Assembly (NCBI GenBank): GCA_964016885.1
Contig: OZ024740.1
Span: forward strand, 375,286,001 to 375,350,000
DNA length: 64,000 nucleotides
Direction: 5' to 3'
Source of the DNA: Eledone cirrhosa
Lineage: Eukaryota
A program made the translations under genes and the position numbers. Positions 1-12,990 of this stretch are shown one piece after another (the stretch's first letter is position 1; each line of letters starts with the position of its first letter). Under the pieces are notes generated by a model that was not told where the DNA came from, did no database searches, and saw only the letters and a program-made list of their open reading frames with translations.

Positions 1-460
1 TTTCTCTTCGGCCAATCCCTCATCAACTTCTTCAAGTTTCACCTGGAAAGGAAGGTGAGAGTGGAGAGAGAAGTGCTGCCCCCCAGTACATTTGCTAAAA
101 GGTGGGTGAATGTGGCGAGAATAGCCCGTGTGAATGGGCCTACTCTGACCATGCGTCTATAGGCTAGCTAACTTGAGGAGAGGGGTGCTCTCCCTGGGTG
201 CCCTAGAAGCACAAGGTGGTTCAGGATTGATGGGGTACCTGAGTCAGCCCAGGGTCGTCCACCCCCTATCGGGGAATTTATTTTGTTGTATTTATGCAAC
301 AGTTTATTTTTTTTTTTTTATATCGTCATTGTTAAATTAGTCTTGCCATTGTGCACTTTTACTTTACCTTATTTTAAACACCCACTGTCCCTGTCTTTGT
401 CTTGTCCCCTACATGTCGGCCCTTGTGGCTAATAAATGAAATCCTCATTATTATTATTAT
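1..460 (+). mobile_element. 3' end of an L1/Tx1-like LINE (ORF2 C-terminus, 3' UTR, AATAAA, (TTA)n tail)
   Basis: Frame 1 reads FLFGQSLINFFKFHLERKVRVEREVLPPSTFAKRW...MRL* (stop near 160), resembling Tx1 C-termini. A T-rich UTR, AATAAA at 431 and a TTA tail follow. Confidence 0.5.
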
Positions 461-461
461 A

Positions 462-595
462 ACCTCCCGCCGAGGTTAACTTTGCCTTTCATCCTTACGG
501 GGTCGATAAAATAAAGTACCAGTAATACACTGGGTAATTGCTGGCCTTGTGCCTAACGTAGAAACAATTATTATTATTATTATTATTATTATTAT
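462..595 (+). mobile_element. 5'-truncated tRNA-derived SINE (MetaSINE-type core) with (TTA)n tail
   Basis: Core TTTGCCTTTCATCCTTACGGGGTCGATAAAATAAAGTACCAG is shared with about 7 other copies in the window. Confidence 0.85.
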
Positions 596-3500
596 TTGCA
601 TTTATCTTGCTTTATGTTTATACGAGTTATCACCAAGTCACAACCAGTGACCTCAAGAGACAACAAGGTACGCCATGTTCAAGAAAGAACACACATATTC
701 ACACATGCATCCTTAGTGTTTAGACTTGTGATGTACTTATATTGACAGGATCTTCCTTAGTATATGGGCAGTTCCCATTAGTACTATCTTTTGTATTTCT
801 CCTATACGCGGGTTTCCTGGGATTTGCGATAAGTAGTCGTTAGACCCCTTAGGTATCATTCCCAGAGCGCCTACAACCACTGGTATTGTTTTAGTTCTCA
901 ATTTCCACATTTTTCCAATTTCTATCTCCAGGTCCTTATACTTGCTCAATTTTTCAAATGTTTTTATAGATACATTCTTGTCTATTGGAACAGACATATC
1001 AATTAGCAGGCATACCCTCCTTTGAAAGTCCTTCAATATTATATCAGGTCTATTTGCATCTATTTTTCGGTCTGTTTGGATGCTAAAGTTCCACAAGATT
1101 GAGATGTGATCTTTTTCAAGTATGGGAGGTGGTTGATGCTCCCACCAATTCTTTTGATGGGGCAGGTCAAAATGCTTGCACATTATCCAATGTATGTATT
1201 GTGCAGCTCTGTCATGCCTGTTTAGGTATTCGGTTGGAGCTATAGGACTGCACATTGAAATTATATGGTCAATGGTCTCTGGTTGTTTTTTGCATACACG
1301 GCATAATGGGCTGCACCCATTTTTTATTATGTTGGCTTGGTAATTTTTTGTTGGCAGACACTGATCTTGTGCGGATATAATCAGTCCTTCAGTCTCCGAT
1401 TTCAGTCCAGAGGATGCCAACCACTGATGGGTTAAAGTTTTGTCAACATCAGGATTGTTAGCTCGCTCTGGGTATTTTCCATACAGAGGCTTTTCTTGCC
1501 ATTTCTTAGCCAGTTTCTGTAGCAGTTCTTTCTTTGCAGTTACTTTTACCTGCTTTGCTTTTTCTGTGTTTTCCATTTCAGCAGTAAATGGGACTTCTGA
1601 AATTTGTAGTCCATTACTGTATCTTTGTGCATCTTTTGTAATGGAATATGATCTTTTGGTGCTTTCGTGTTTCAAAACGAGTTTGATCATCCAATCATGT
1701 GATTCCCTTAGATATGTGGATAATCCAATTGTTGCAGTTTTCAACGCAATGTCTAACTGGATTAACCCACGTCCTCCTTCTTTCCTAGGGAGATATATTC
1801 TATCTATGTCTGCCTTAGGGTGATGCATTCTGTGCATGGTTAAGAATTTTCGGATTTTTGTATCGAGCCTACGGATCTCTGTGCTTGACCAGTTGATGAC
1901 ATTGTAACTGTAGGTTACTACTGGTATGGCAAGCGTGTTTATGGCATCGATCCTATTCCTTGCATTCAATTCCGTTCTTAAGATTGCTCTGACTCTGCGG
2001 TAACATTCCTTCCTTATCCTTTCCCTCATTGTCGAGTGCTTGATTCCGTCTCCTTCACAAACACCTAGATATTTGTAAGTTTGTTCTTGATCAAGCTCTC
2101 TTATCACGTTCCCCCGATCAAGATTAATGTCTGAACTCTTCAGCAGCTTTCCTCTGGTGAACGTTGCTTTGGCGCATTTATCCAGTCCAAACTCCATTTT
2201 AATGTCATCACTGAACTGCTTCACAGTGGATAATAGCCCTTGCAATTGTTCATCATTTTTTGCAAATAGTTTCAGGTCATCCATGTAGAACAGGTGATTA
2301 ATGGTTTTGTCATAGACTCTATATCCATGTTTTGTTTCATTGAGCATTTTACTTAATGGTATAAGTGCGATGCAGAATAAAAGCGGTGATAAAGAGTCAC
2401 CCTGAAAAATTCCACAATTAATGTTAACTTCTCCAGCTTCCAGTGATTTTGTTTCACTATTCAAAAGGAGTGTCGTTCTCCATGTCCTCATACTGAATGA
2501 CAAAAACCTCCTGATAACGGGGGATATTTTGAAAATCTCTAAACATTTTTCAATCCAACTGTGTGGCAAACTATCAAATGCTTTTTTATAATCTATCCAA
2601 GCAATCGATAGATTTTTGTGTCTATTATGACAATCTTCCAGTATCATTTTGTTAACCAGAAGCTGATCCTTACAGCCATATGAGCCTCGTTTACACCCTT
2701 TCTGCTCAATGGGAAATAGGTCATTTGTTATCAGGTGGTCATATGTGTATTCAGTTAGGACTGATGTTAAAATTTTATACATTGTGGTCAAGCAGGTTAT
2801 CGGTCTGTAATTTTTGGGATTGTTTGTCTCATCATTCTTCGGTAGCAGGAATGTAATGCCGTTAACTAGCCATGATGGTATCTTTTCTGGCTCCTTAACT
2901 ATTTCATTGTAAAGTTGGGCTAACAGCTCATGAGACTCTGTGAAGGCATTTATCCAAAAGTTTTGTATTTTGTCTTTTCCTGGGGATTTCCATTTGCTGG
3001 TTTTTCTTAGAGCCAAGCGCAGCTGTTCAACTGTTATATTTTCCCATGTTTGTTCTTCAAGGTGAGCTGTTTCTTTCATTTGTCTGTCTATCCATGGGGC
3101 ATGTATGTTATGAACTTTTTCTTCGGCCCAGATCTTTTCCCAGAATTCTTGCACTTCCTCCTTGGGTGGTATTGATTTAGCAGTTATTGTTGACTTACCA
3201 ATTTTTCTGTAGAAGTTTCTTTGGTTGTTTTTGAACATATTATTGTCCTTATAGAATCTAGATCGTTTTTCAAAGCGCCTTATACGAGCAGCTTTGGCCG
3301 ACACTTTTTGCTTGATTGTTTCTATCAGCATGTCTATGTCACATGTTGATCTTATACTGTACTTTTTTTTCAATTTTCTAAGTTTAGTTTGTTTAACATG
3401 TTCACCTACTTTATAGTTTGTTAAAATTTCTATGTCAGATCGGAGAAGGTTTATTTGGCGATTGATGTTATCTTGCCAAGTAGATTTCTTGTGGGAATTC

Positions 3501-4570
3501 CTTTGTTTTTTCATCTTCACTCCACATAAGTGAGTGGTGACTTTAGCCGATGCATAATAGAGATGATTTAAGTCAGTAATGCTTAGTTTGTTTGTGATGA
3601 TAATGTTTTTGAGAATTATGTTTGTCTTGTGTATTATCTTTTGGTTCTGTTTGGAGTTCTGGATCTTAGGGAGGGTGTCTCGTTCCCCCATGTCAGATTC
3701 TTTCATTTTCATCCATTCGATCATAATTTCATCCTTAAAGTTGGCAAGTTCATTCTCATTCATTTCTTTATCATTTACGATCTCATTATTTTCATTTGGA
3801 GTTTCATCCTGAGCATGCACTCCCTCCACTTTTTCGCTCCTTTCTTTAATTTGTTCTGTTGCCAGTGATTCCGCCCCAACTCTGGGATTCGAAGTGTTAC
3901 AGTTTACCTCGTTTTCACTGACACATGCTTCATTTTCCCTTCGCTGACTTTGTGCTACTAGCTTGATCTGATCAATTTCTATATCAGTTAGTAACTTTTT
4001 TCTTACAATATTTCTTCGTATATTGGCTAGTTTGTTACTGTCAATATAGCCTCTGTTTTCGGGATGTTTCTTTTTCCAGTTGATATATGTTTGCTCTGTA
4101 TTCGATGTATTTGATGGGTAGTACATGGCAGTGTAGAAAGCCTCAAGGACTTCTTTATTATCTTCCCTTGACCATTTTTCTCTCTTTTTCTTTGGATTTC
4201 TTGGTGGTGAGCATGGAGGGCCAACAGTAGGAGTATTCCGGTTATGGGAGGTCTCCAGCTCCGAAGTGATGGGAAGGTTTGAACAATTAGCTGATTTTTC
4301 GACCCCAGTCTGGTTCCTCTCTGAGGGACGCGGCCCTTTTTTACCCGGGTGACGGCCGATCCGGTATGAGATTTCATCATTAGACATCTACTTTATTTTG
4401 TCGCGTTTTATCCTTATCCGCCAAGGGGTAATCTTTTCGTGTTACCACTTCTAGAACGAGTGTCAACCAAGACTAGAGGGGTCGTTCTCCCCTAGAGACA
4501 TGGCTATTCCCCGCCGGCCGCCATCCCGGTATTTCTTGGTCACGGGGTTTTCTTTTTGTTGTTTTTTTTA
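596..4570 (-). mobile_element. Full-length R4/Dong-clade non-LTR retrotransposon inserted in (TAA)n
   Basis: Single intact ORF with ~180 nt 5' UTR and ~140 nt 3' UTR. The 3' end runs into (TAA)n at 568-595, and the 5' flank reads GATAATAACAAT on the minus strand. Confidence 0.85.
737..4387 (-). CDS. Retrotransposon protein: reverse transcriptase + CCHC zinc knuckle + restriction-like endonuclease (R4/Dong type)
   Basis: 1216 aa uninterrupted. RT motifs KSPGKD, NYRPITCL, WIDYKKAFDS, GIFQGDSLSPLLF, YMDD, YKYLG; CRVC..ETIDHIISMC; RHD; RPDII..D..IDMSVP..KYKDL (PD-D/ExK). No APE domain. Confidence 0.95.
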   Translation of the reverse strand: MSNDEISYRIGRHPGKKGPRPSERNQTGVEKSANCSNLPITSELETSHNRNTPTVGPPCSPPRNPKKKREKWSREDNKEVLEAFYTAMYYPSNTSNTEQTYINWKKKHPENRGYIDSNKLANIRRNIVRKKLLTDIEIDQIKLVAQSQRRENEACVSENEVNCNTSNPRVGAESLATEQIKERSEKVEGVHAQDETPNENNEIVNDKEMNENELANFKDEIMIEWMKMKESDMGERDTLPKIQNSKQNQKIIHKTNIILKNIIITNKLSITDLNHLYYASAKVTTHLCGVKMKKQRNSHKKSTWQDNINRQINLLRSDIEILTNYKVGEHVKQTKLRKLKKKYSIRSTCDIDMLIETIKQKVSAKAARIRRFEKRSRFYKDNNMFKNNQRNFYRKIGKSTITAKSIPPKEEVQEFWEKIWAEEKVHNIHAPWIDRQMKETAHLEEQTWENITVEQLRLALRKTSKWKSPGKDKIQNFWINAFTESHELLAQLYNEIVKEPEKIPSWLVNGITFLLPKNDETNNPKNYRPITCLTTMYKILTSVLTEYTYDHLITNDLFPIEQKGCKRGSYGCKDQLLVNKMILEDCHNRHKNLSIAWIDYKKAFDSLPHSWIEKCLEIFKISPVIRRFLSFSMRTWRTTLLLNSETKSLEAGEVNINCGIFQGDSLSPLLFCIALIPLSKMLNETKHGYRVYDKTINHLFYMDDLKLFAKNDEQLQGLLSTVKQFSDDIKMEFGLDKCAKATFTRGKLLKSSDINLDRGNVIRELDQEQTYKYLGVCEGDGIKHSTMRERIRKECYRRVRAILRTELNARNRIDAINTLAIPVVTYSYNVINWSSTEIRRLDTKIRKFLTMHRMHHPKADIDRIYLPRKEGGRGLIQLDIALKTATIGLSTYLRESHDWMIKLVLKHESTKRSYSITKDAQRYSNGLQISEVPFTAEMENTEKAKQVKVTAKKELLQKLAKKWQEKPLYGKYPERANNPDVDKTLTHQWLASSGLKSETEGLIISAQDQCLPTKNYQANIIKNGCSPLCRVCKKQPETIDHIISMCSPIAPTEYLNRHDRAAQYIHWIMCKHFDLPHQKNWWEHQPPPILEKDHISILWNFSIQTDRKIDANRPDIILKDFQRRVCLLIDMSVPIDKNVSIKTFEKLSKYKDLEIEIGKMWKLRTKTIPVVVGALGMIPKGSNDYLSQIPGNPRIGEIQKIVLMGTAHILRKILSI

Positions 4571-4996
4571 AATTGTTATTATCATGAGTGGTTCCTTAAT
4601 GTGAGCATTGCGTGGCTTAAGAATGAAATTATTAATAATTGTCTCCACTCCAGGCCAGCAATCACCCAGTGCATTACAATAATATAATATACTTTTTGTT
4701 GTAGTTGGCTGTTATTGCTGCTGGCTATGTCGGTGGTGGTGCCGGGGCTTTTTATATTGTTGGTGAGGAAGGGGTGAGCCAACAGTCCCATAATTGTTGA
4801 TGTAGACATTTGTCCGTGGCAAGGTTACCAAGTCAATCTATTTATATCTTTTGCTAGCCTCTCTCTTGTCTAGTGCTACCACCACCTTCCCTTTTCTCTC
4901 TCAAGTTAACAGGGGAATAGTGTCAGTAGCATTGAATGAGTGGTGGCGGCGATGATGGATGTGGTGGTGTTGTGGTTACTGATATAGTATCTATGA

Positions 4997-5055
<59 letters not shown>

Positions 5056-5554
5056 ATATATGAAACGAAAAATCGGTGACGCATCTGAACTCAATTTATT
5101 GTGTTACATTTGTTTCGCCGGCGGACAGCTCGAGACACAATCATTGTGTGGATCTGTTTGATTCTTGATCTGCAGGTTCGACGGACACGTCTAATGAATT
5201 CTGAGCAAATTCTTTCACTGGGTTCAAAAACATCCTCTTCGCGCGTCCTGTTATTGGCTGCTGCTTTACTACGTTATCGTAAATCTGACCAACAGGTGTG
5301 AATTCTACTGACCGTCAGCTGGCCTTTCTTCCACACTTCGATGAATTACTACTGGGTTTGGTAGTTCACACGTCCACGCGCGCACTCACAAACACACATA
5401 CACACACAATCACATAGATAACAAGATCCATATGCATAGACTCTCGCTATACACATACACTGAAGGAAAACATTAAAAAAAACATAGACATAAAGCATAC
5501 ACAGACGCCTGCCTACATGCTCATATACAGGCACAGATACGGACTCTCTCACAC

Positions 5555-5632
<78 letters not shown>

Positions 5633-7785
5633 TCATAAGGTATGGTGCCTGATCCCTTGAACCGGTTTCGCCGCTGTGGTCAGCGCACACTCCCCTGCAT
5701 GCCTTTAGTTTGGGATTCCCGGTGGATTCCATGCGGAAAGTGTGCACCTTCTCTGGTGTTTGCACGTCATGATTATTTCCGATTTCAGGTTGACCGCATC
5801 ATCCTTCAGTCTGACTATCTCCATAGCCTACACTTTCTGTTTCCAGCCGAGTATGCATTCGCGTGCCGAACGATACTCCAGTCAAGGGCATACGGGGTGC
5901 CTTTGTCCTTCAAGTCCCACACCAGGCCCTACAGCCTAGTAGAGTGCCTCTTACTCCGGTCCTTGAAAGATTTCGTGTGGTTATACATCCGAGATTTAGA
6001 GGTCGTGGATGTTGCGCCGATGTAGGTGAGCTTTATATGGTGTCTGCTAACCACATTTATATACCAGGCTCTTCGTCAGGCATCTTCCCTGCAGGGGGCA
6101 CTGCTGTAGCTATGTTGTTCATTTTGGGCACTCTCCCGATTCTCAGGGTGTTGTTTAGCCGACACAGTGGTCCCTCCTCCGCCACTCATTCCCACCCGGC
6201 GTTGGATTGTATGCATTCCGCGGGCTGGCGGCCACCGCGAGGGCAGGATTGTGGTTGGAAGACTGGTCTGTGGGGGGCCCTCCGTGCTTCGATGGACGGT
6301 CATTCTGCCGCGGCGGTTGACGGTCGAGGTTTCCCATCTTCGCCGCGTTGGTTTTGGCAATGTAGTCGGCCATGTTAGATGCTGTGGAGAAGGAAACCTT
6401 CACCGTGTGGGGGGTTGAAAATCCTGCGGTATCTGCTGGACTGCGGGAAGCACTCGTCTAACGCTCGGAAAACGTGGCCTGGTATATTGCTGCATACATG
6501 CTTAGAATACGGTGCGTTAAACTATGTAACGGCCTTATATCTAGTCTTGTTGTTTCCTGTGTGTAGCAGCGTGAATGGGTTTTGTGTCTGGTATCCGTCT
6601 CGGGTTTTTCCCGCCATTATTTCGTCCCCTATGTTGCCTCTATCTATATGTCTACTGTGGGCGTCAGGGTGACGCCTTTCGCTTACTAAGTTATTCCGTT
6701 TTGTATTGTCGGCTCCACTGTTAGTCTCGTTAATGCTATGTGGTGCTGTTGTCGAGGCTATACCCTTGCTACCGGGCCGGGTGTTTCCTCTAATGGGTGC
6801 CACGGCCGTACTTGTCCTTACCCTGTCTCTAGTTCTAGTTTCTGGGACGCATGTGGTGTGCCTGACGGGCTCTTGTCTACGTGTTCTGTGTGGTCCGTCG
6901 CCCGTGTGTGTCGTCGTCTGTCCTATTGTCGGTCTTGTGTCCATATGGTGATCTATGCTGCTACCCGTGTTCATGGAGGCTAGTTCCGGGTCGTTTCTTC
7001 TATCTATGGAAGTGCCACTGTTATTGCCGTATCCGCATACCCCGGCGCTAGGCTCTTCCCTGTCTGAGGTGTACACTATGCTTTCTTCTGTGTAACCGCC
7101 CTGCGCAGTCCCTCATTATAGTAGTCGGCGTGCTAGTTGAACACATCTGCGTTGGCCATCAGGGTGGATACGCGTTTAGATACCCCTTTAACTATTGCTT
7201 CTATGACTGACTTGGGGTGGTTCGATTTCCTGTTCACATATTGCAGGTTGTCATTGGGCTTGTGATAAGGTCGGTGGATGCCCGTATTCATTGCCAGGGT
7301 AACGTCCAGCAAATTCACTGTCTTAGTGCTAGGATCTATTGTCACGGATAAGCCGTGTTGCTTAAAAAAGTGCGATATGCGCTTCATCATACGCTCCAGC
7401 TGGCTGGGGTTAAGGGAACGGAAGGTAAAAGTGCGTCGTCTCTGTATATTCCTCCGCCGATTCCTGGGATCACCTCCGTTAATCTTTGGAGGAGATAGAT
7501 CCCCACCAGGTCGGTCACCTGCGCAGAGTCGCTCTACCCCATAGTAATATCGAAATTGTCGGGCCTGTCCCTTCTCTCCCATAACTTGTCTTCGAAGCAA
7601 ATTAGCGTCTTTCTAGCTGCTATTATGAGGCTTGCCTTCTCCCTAGTGACTTTGGACTTGGCCATGGCGCTCATGAGGGCCTTGTTCACTATTACAGGTA
7701 ATACTGACGCGTAGTAATTCGCTATGTCTAATTGAATAAAATGTACCTGCTGTTTGCTATCTATTAGCTCTGTAAGAGCATAGAG
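5633..7785 (-). mobile_element. Degenerate Naiad-type Penelope-like element (RT, linker, C-terminal GIY-YIG), 5'-truncated, flanked by (TA)n
   Basis: Broken frames give FIQLDIANYY, FDITMG, GIYRDDAL, LLDVTL..RPYHKPN..YVNRKSNHP, FNAPYS, KVSFST..NM, CPLQGRCL..LVYKC, YIGAT..KSR..NH, W.I..Y..C.L, CKH. Confidence 0.9.
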
Positions 7786-7839
7786 TGCTCAACCGGGATA
7801 TCGCCTATGGAAGAATCTTAGCTATCAACAGACACACAC

Positions 7840-7889
<50 letters not shown>

Positions 7890-7896
7890 ATGTATG

Positions 7897-7978
<82 letters not shown>

Positions 7979-8962
7979 CACACATATATGTCACACCATT
8001 TCACCATTTCACAATCTAATCTTGAAATCAACAATTATCACTTTAACATTGTACCAATTTACTATTTTGAACTAATATAACTCATAATAATGTGTTCTGC
8101 ATCGCAAATATGATAACATAATTGTAGCACCAAATTCAGGTATGTTCCGACAAAGGAATTCATAAATTCAATGTAATTAATCAGTATCTTAAACAAAGTG
8201 TAATTACAGAAAATTTGATACCACTAATTATCATTCATTCAGTAAATGAAGGCTCAATGTCAACTTTATCAATATCTGTATTTAAAATAAACTCGGGTGA
8301 GAGTACTGTATAAATTTACATTAACGATGCAATTGATTTAATTAAAGTTAGCAAACAATCTGAGAGACATGTTTGAGTAACGTTTTCTAGAATTGTAGCT
8401 TATGAGGAGATGAATTCATATAGGACAGTTTTATCAGTAAATATAAAAAAACTGTGTAGAGATTAAAATAATTGATAATCCTTCCATTTTGTTTTAAGAT
8501 TACCAAATTAATTATTCAATATTACCATAACCAGTAAATTTACACTGAAAATTAATTATATGTTTGAATCTATGCATCAGGATTGAATGTCATTATGAAT
8601 AATAATCTACACCAGGTTCCACCGTACGCATCGTTAATTAATTTTTCCATCACAATTTATTCCCCCATTGCAGTCATTTCAGTTATAAAATGTAGGATAT
8701 CTAAATTTGCATTGTATAGATATATTTCCATTGAAATGTTTTGTTTAAACTAACAGAACTAGCTTATATTTAGTTAAGTATTGTGTATCTGAAAAATAGA
8801 TAATATGCTCGAAATATTTAACGTTTCAAACAACATTATATGTCATAATGATACTTTTAAAATAAAACCTTCAGGTCTATATACGACTCTTTAGTCGGAT
8901 ATATGTATCTCTACACAGCGTGTGTGGGGGGGGGGGTGCTCGACTGTTTCGGTCTACCTATG

Positions 8963-9063
<101 letters not shown>

Positions 9064-10130
9064 ATTGAATATAAACGAAAAACAAACACAGATATATACA
9101 TATATGTGTTCAAATCGTAAGGGACCAGATTCGCTAAGGTGAAAAGAATACTAGCTATAGACAATAGTTACGATTTGGACACATATATTTATATATCTGC
9201 GTTTGTTTCTCTTTTATATTCAATTATAATATACGGCTCGGAAAAATCTCTTTCCTAGAGCTATTTTGTTGTAAGAGACTATTTTGAGTTTCTACCTTTG
9301 ATATATATATATATATATTGCGTCAAGCGCTCATGAGACTCGCTAAAACGCATTACAGACTTACACACACATACACACATACATCTCGTTATGCATGTAC
9401 GTATTTTTAAATATATATATATCAATGTGTATAACTTCATTTAGACATACAGAAATGAAAACATCTACCAATCTAAATACACATGAATGGGCCCTGAAAA
9501 ACAAAGCATCTCCTTAATCATTAAATTGAGAATACTGGAGAATACCTCCATAAAAAAATCAAAAGCAAACAGATGTGCAGCAGGGAAAAATCCTGAATTG
9601 TCCATGGTGCTAAGAATATCTTGTGAGTGTCTCAACTTCAAAAGCTCGATATACACTTATTGCCTGCATATCCAAAATAATTGCTCATTATTTGGATACA
9701 AATTCCCTAAATATTAGAGCTTCCTTCCATGTTACCGGACTTCAATATTAATACAATATGTTATTCATTACGTTCTATCAAACACATCATTATCTTCATC
9801 TTTCTACTCAATGTAGCAAATTTCCAACGAATACATCTACAGACAGTTTTCAATAAATATATCTTTTTTGACGTATGACTAACATTTTGTAACAGACTCA
9901 GGTAAGAAATGTGTTTATGCTCAGCAACAATTACCTTTCTTGTTCAGTTTGTTATTGCTCATATTATTATAATTCTCTTTAGTCTTCGTAACAGTCATTT
10001 GGACACACTTAGTCCTAAGTCCAACTCCATTTAATGCTGTCATATTATGTTCCATTGGTTGCAAACAAATTAGTAGCCGATGATATAATATAATGTGCAC
10101 TGTTAAAATAACCCGCCCCCTACACACACA

Positions 10131-10261
<131 letters not shown>

Positions 10262-10499
10262 CCCTGGTTCCTTTCACGTTCGACAACAACACTACTAGCT
10301 GTTAGCTGGTTCATATTTCTTTCTTTCTAGTTGTAACATCCTGGAGCATCATTTCCATTAAAGGAATGTGATCTTGAGAAGCACCTAATAACTTTGCAGC
10401 AAGGATTGTACATAATATCAAGTCACACTCTATTGTGAGTAACGGATGTAGATTAGGTTATTTTATGTACACATGCCCCTATATTTCTCAGCCACGGTA

Positions 10500-11400
10500 T
10501 CATTTTCAGTGCGGTAGAACAGGTGGAGAAGAATAAATTACAAATAGCTTTTGGGTGCCTGGGGTAGCTGCAGCTGTGATCGATATATGAGTATGAGACA
10601 TGATGTTGTAGAGAATGATAGTTAAAGTGAGAGGAATATGCGTTAGACTGAAATATCTAGGATGTTTAGTGAGTGAGAAGATAAATATTAGGGAAGAACG
10701 AAAATGGTAGCGAAAGAGGAAAAAAGAATCAATGTCTCCGGTGCAAACTGGGTTGGTGTTGATGTAGCCATTTATGTAGCGACCGTGTAGTTCTGCGTTG
10801 GTGTCAGTGTATTTATTAACATAAGACCTGGGTATCAAATTTGTGTCCTTGGAACTCTTTTTGTTCCTAGGGAACTATCAAATGACCTGCTAGTAAATAT
10901 CTTCTCAAATGGGAGCGTGGAACACATCCGCTCCCCATAAATGTGTAGAGGTGAGCAGTCAGAGAGCAGGTCGGCAGTTAAATGTATGTCTTAAAACATA
11001 TGGGTTTTGGCTTATGGGCTAAGCATATGTATGTATTTGATGAATTAGGTATAGCGGAGATAGAAATATCCGCGGAGGTGTGAATAATAATCGAAACCTC
11101 GAAGGACAGAGTTGGTTTCAAGATTTATAGAGGCTACATTAGATGTATTGTTTGAGAGAACAGTGTTAAATTTCACTGATATAGGCTGGGTGATGGCGAA
11201 TTACAATTGGGTAGAATGGAGCAGCCATTGTTGATGATGTTTTTTTCTGGGCTTGTGGGCTGTACAGACGCTGATGTTGCTAGCTTTGAATGAGAAATGG
11301 AAAGAGATGAGTTGAATGGAATGAGAAGACCACCATCTTTATGAAGTGGGGCGCATATGACAGGACATGGTGGTAGAATGGTGGTTACTTTGGGTACTGT
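10500..11400 (-). pseudogene. Highly decayed Penelope-type reverse transcriptase remnant
   Basis: Minus-strand fragments resemble PLE RT motifs (Q..G..GT..P.SY, LDIS, SHT..D.S.YP..K.I) across many frameshifts. Confidence 0.45.
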
Positions 11401-12679
11401 AAGTGCAGTAGTCTCGTAGCAGACTGCGTGTCACTCGCTCAGAGTGCCAACATTTCTCGGCCAGTGTTACGTTGATATCATCAAGATGCAAATATATGTG
11501 GAGTGGGAAAAGATTCATTGGTGTTAGGAAAAAGTCGGAAATGCTGCCATAAATGTAAACAGTGTAGTATTACTCCATCATACAAACTGTTATTTCATCT
11601 ATGTAAATAACATACATGCTTCTTAATGGATGACGAGACTGAGAAATTTGGAATTCGGTGGTATCTGTGGCGGCTTATGTTAAGAAAACTTCAAATACAT
11701 AATCTATGCTAGTTTCTGATATGAAATAGTTCATAGTTTACCAGGGTTTTATTTCAATGTTAATCATAGATAACGTGAATTGACATAACAATCCATTTAG
11801 AAATGCCGATTACAACATGAATGTTGCTTTAGTCTATATATTCCATGAATAATTCATCATACACTATTTTCCTTTATTTCTTCTTTCGGGAATGTGAAAT
11901 GTATAATTGGCAACTAGTAAACTTACGAAACCAGGCCGCTAAACGTTACACTTTCACAGCATGATTTAATAGTTAGTCAATCACGCGAAAGCAATCTCAA
12001 CCCAAATAAAATAAAATATGTAGAATTTTGAGTTATATTAGTATGTTGAAGTGTGTATTCATATTTAGATTTAAGCAAATGAAGACATAGAATATAATTA
12101 TAGTAAGAATTATAACTTCTAAACTCATGTATATATTCATTGAACCTGCGAGTTCATAGGAAACAAATTCTTCTCATTTCAAACAAACTAATTATCGCAC
12201 AATCTAATATTAGCTGCAAACCTCACGGCATGTATGTGACCTATAAAGCACACATATAAATATAACATAATACACTTTATTCCTAAATTATTAATAAATA
12301 TTAACTGGATGATATTGGCACATGGTCAAATATATACGTATAAGGTGAAAGCACAGAATTTAAGATGTATAACAACGTTCTCATCGATGCTAACTGTCCA
12401 CACCCTATAATTAGAAGATATTTCTACACCACCTACGTACTGTGCCCAATCTACAAAACAAATTTAAGATGCTACATTTCTACCTCCTTATATTGTGAAT
12501 AGTGCGCGAAAGAGTATGGACAGCAAGAAAGCAATTATCCACATACAAAAAGAAAAGTGTATATTTGAAAGAATCGGACAGATAAACCCAACAAATTGTA
12601 TATGGATCCTATTTTCAATAACACTTCTCCAATAACTATGGCTCAGAAGTCTCAGAAAATTTAAATTATACGAATACCA

Positions 12680-12748
<69 letters not shown>

Positions 12749-12769
12749 CTATTTTATATAAATATATGT

Positions 12770-12931
12770 ATGTTTTATGTGTGTATATATTTTGTGTATG
12801 TGTGTATTTTATGTATATATTATATATATTTTTTTATATTTTTAGATGTATATATTTTCTATATATATGTATGTTCTGTGTATATATATATATTTTATAT
12901 ATATATGTGTGTGCTTGTGCGTACATACATG

Positions 12932-12990
<59 letters not shown>

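Noticed and set aside
1440-4380. Short ORFs overlapping the R4/Dong ORF
   Set aside because: Antisense or alternate-frame shadows with no motifs.
5655-5700. CTGACCACAGCGGCGAAACCGGT in the PLE 3' UTR as a hammerhead
   Set aside because: Lacks CTGANGA and a closing stem I; at best a remnant.
9465-10073. Minus-strand ORF pieces as host exons (MEHNMTAL..., YIELLKL...)
   Set aside because: No consistent spliced frame and no recognisable protein family.
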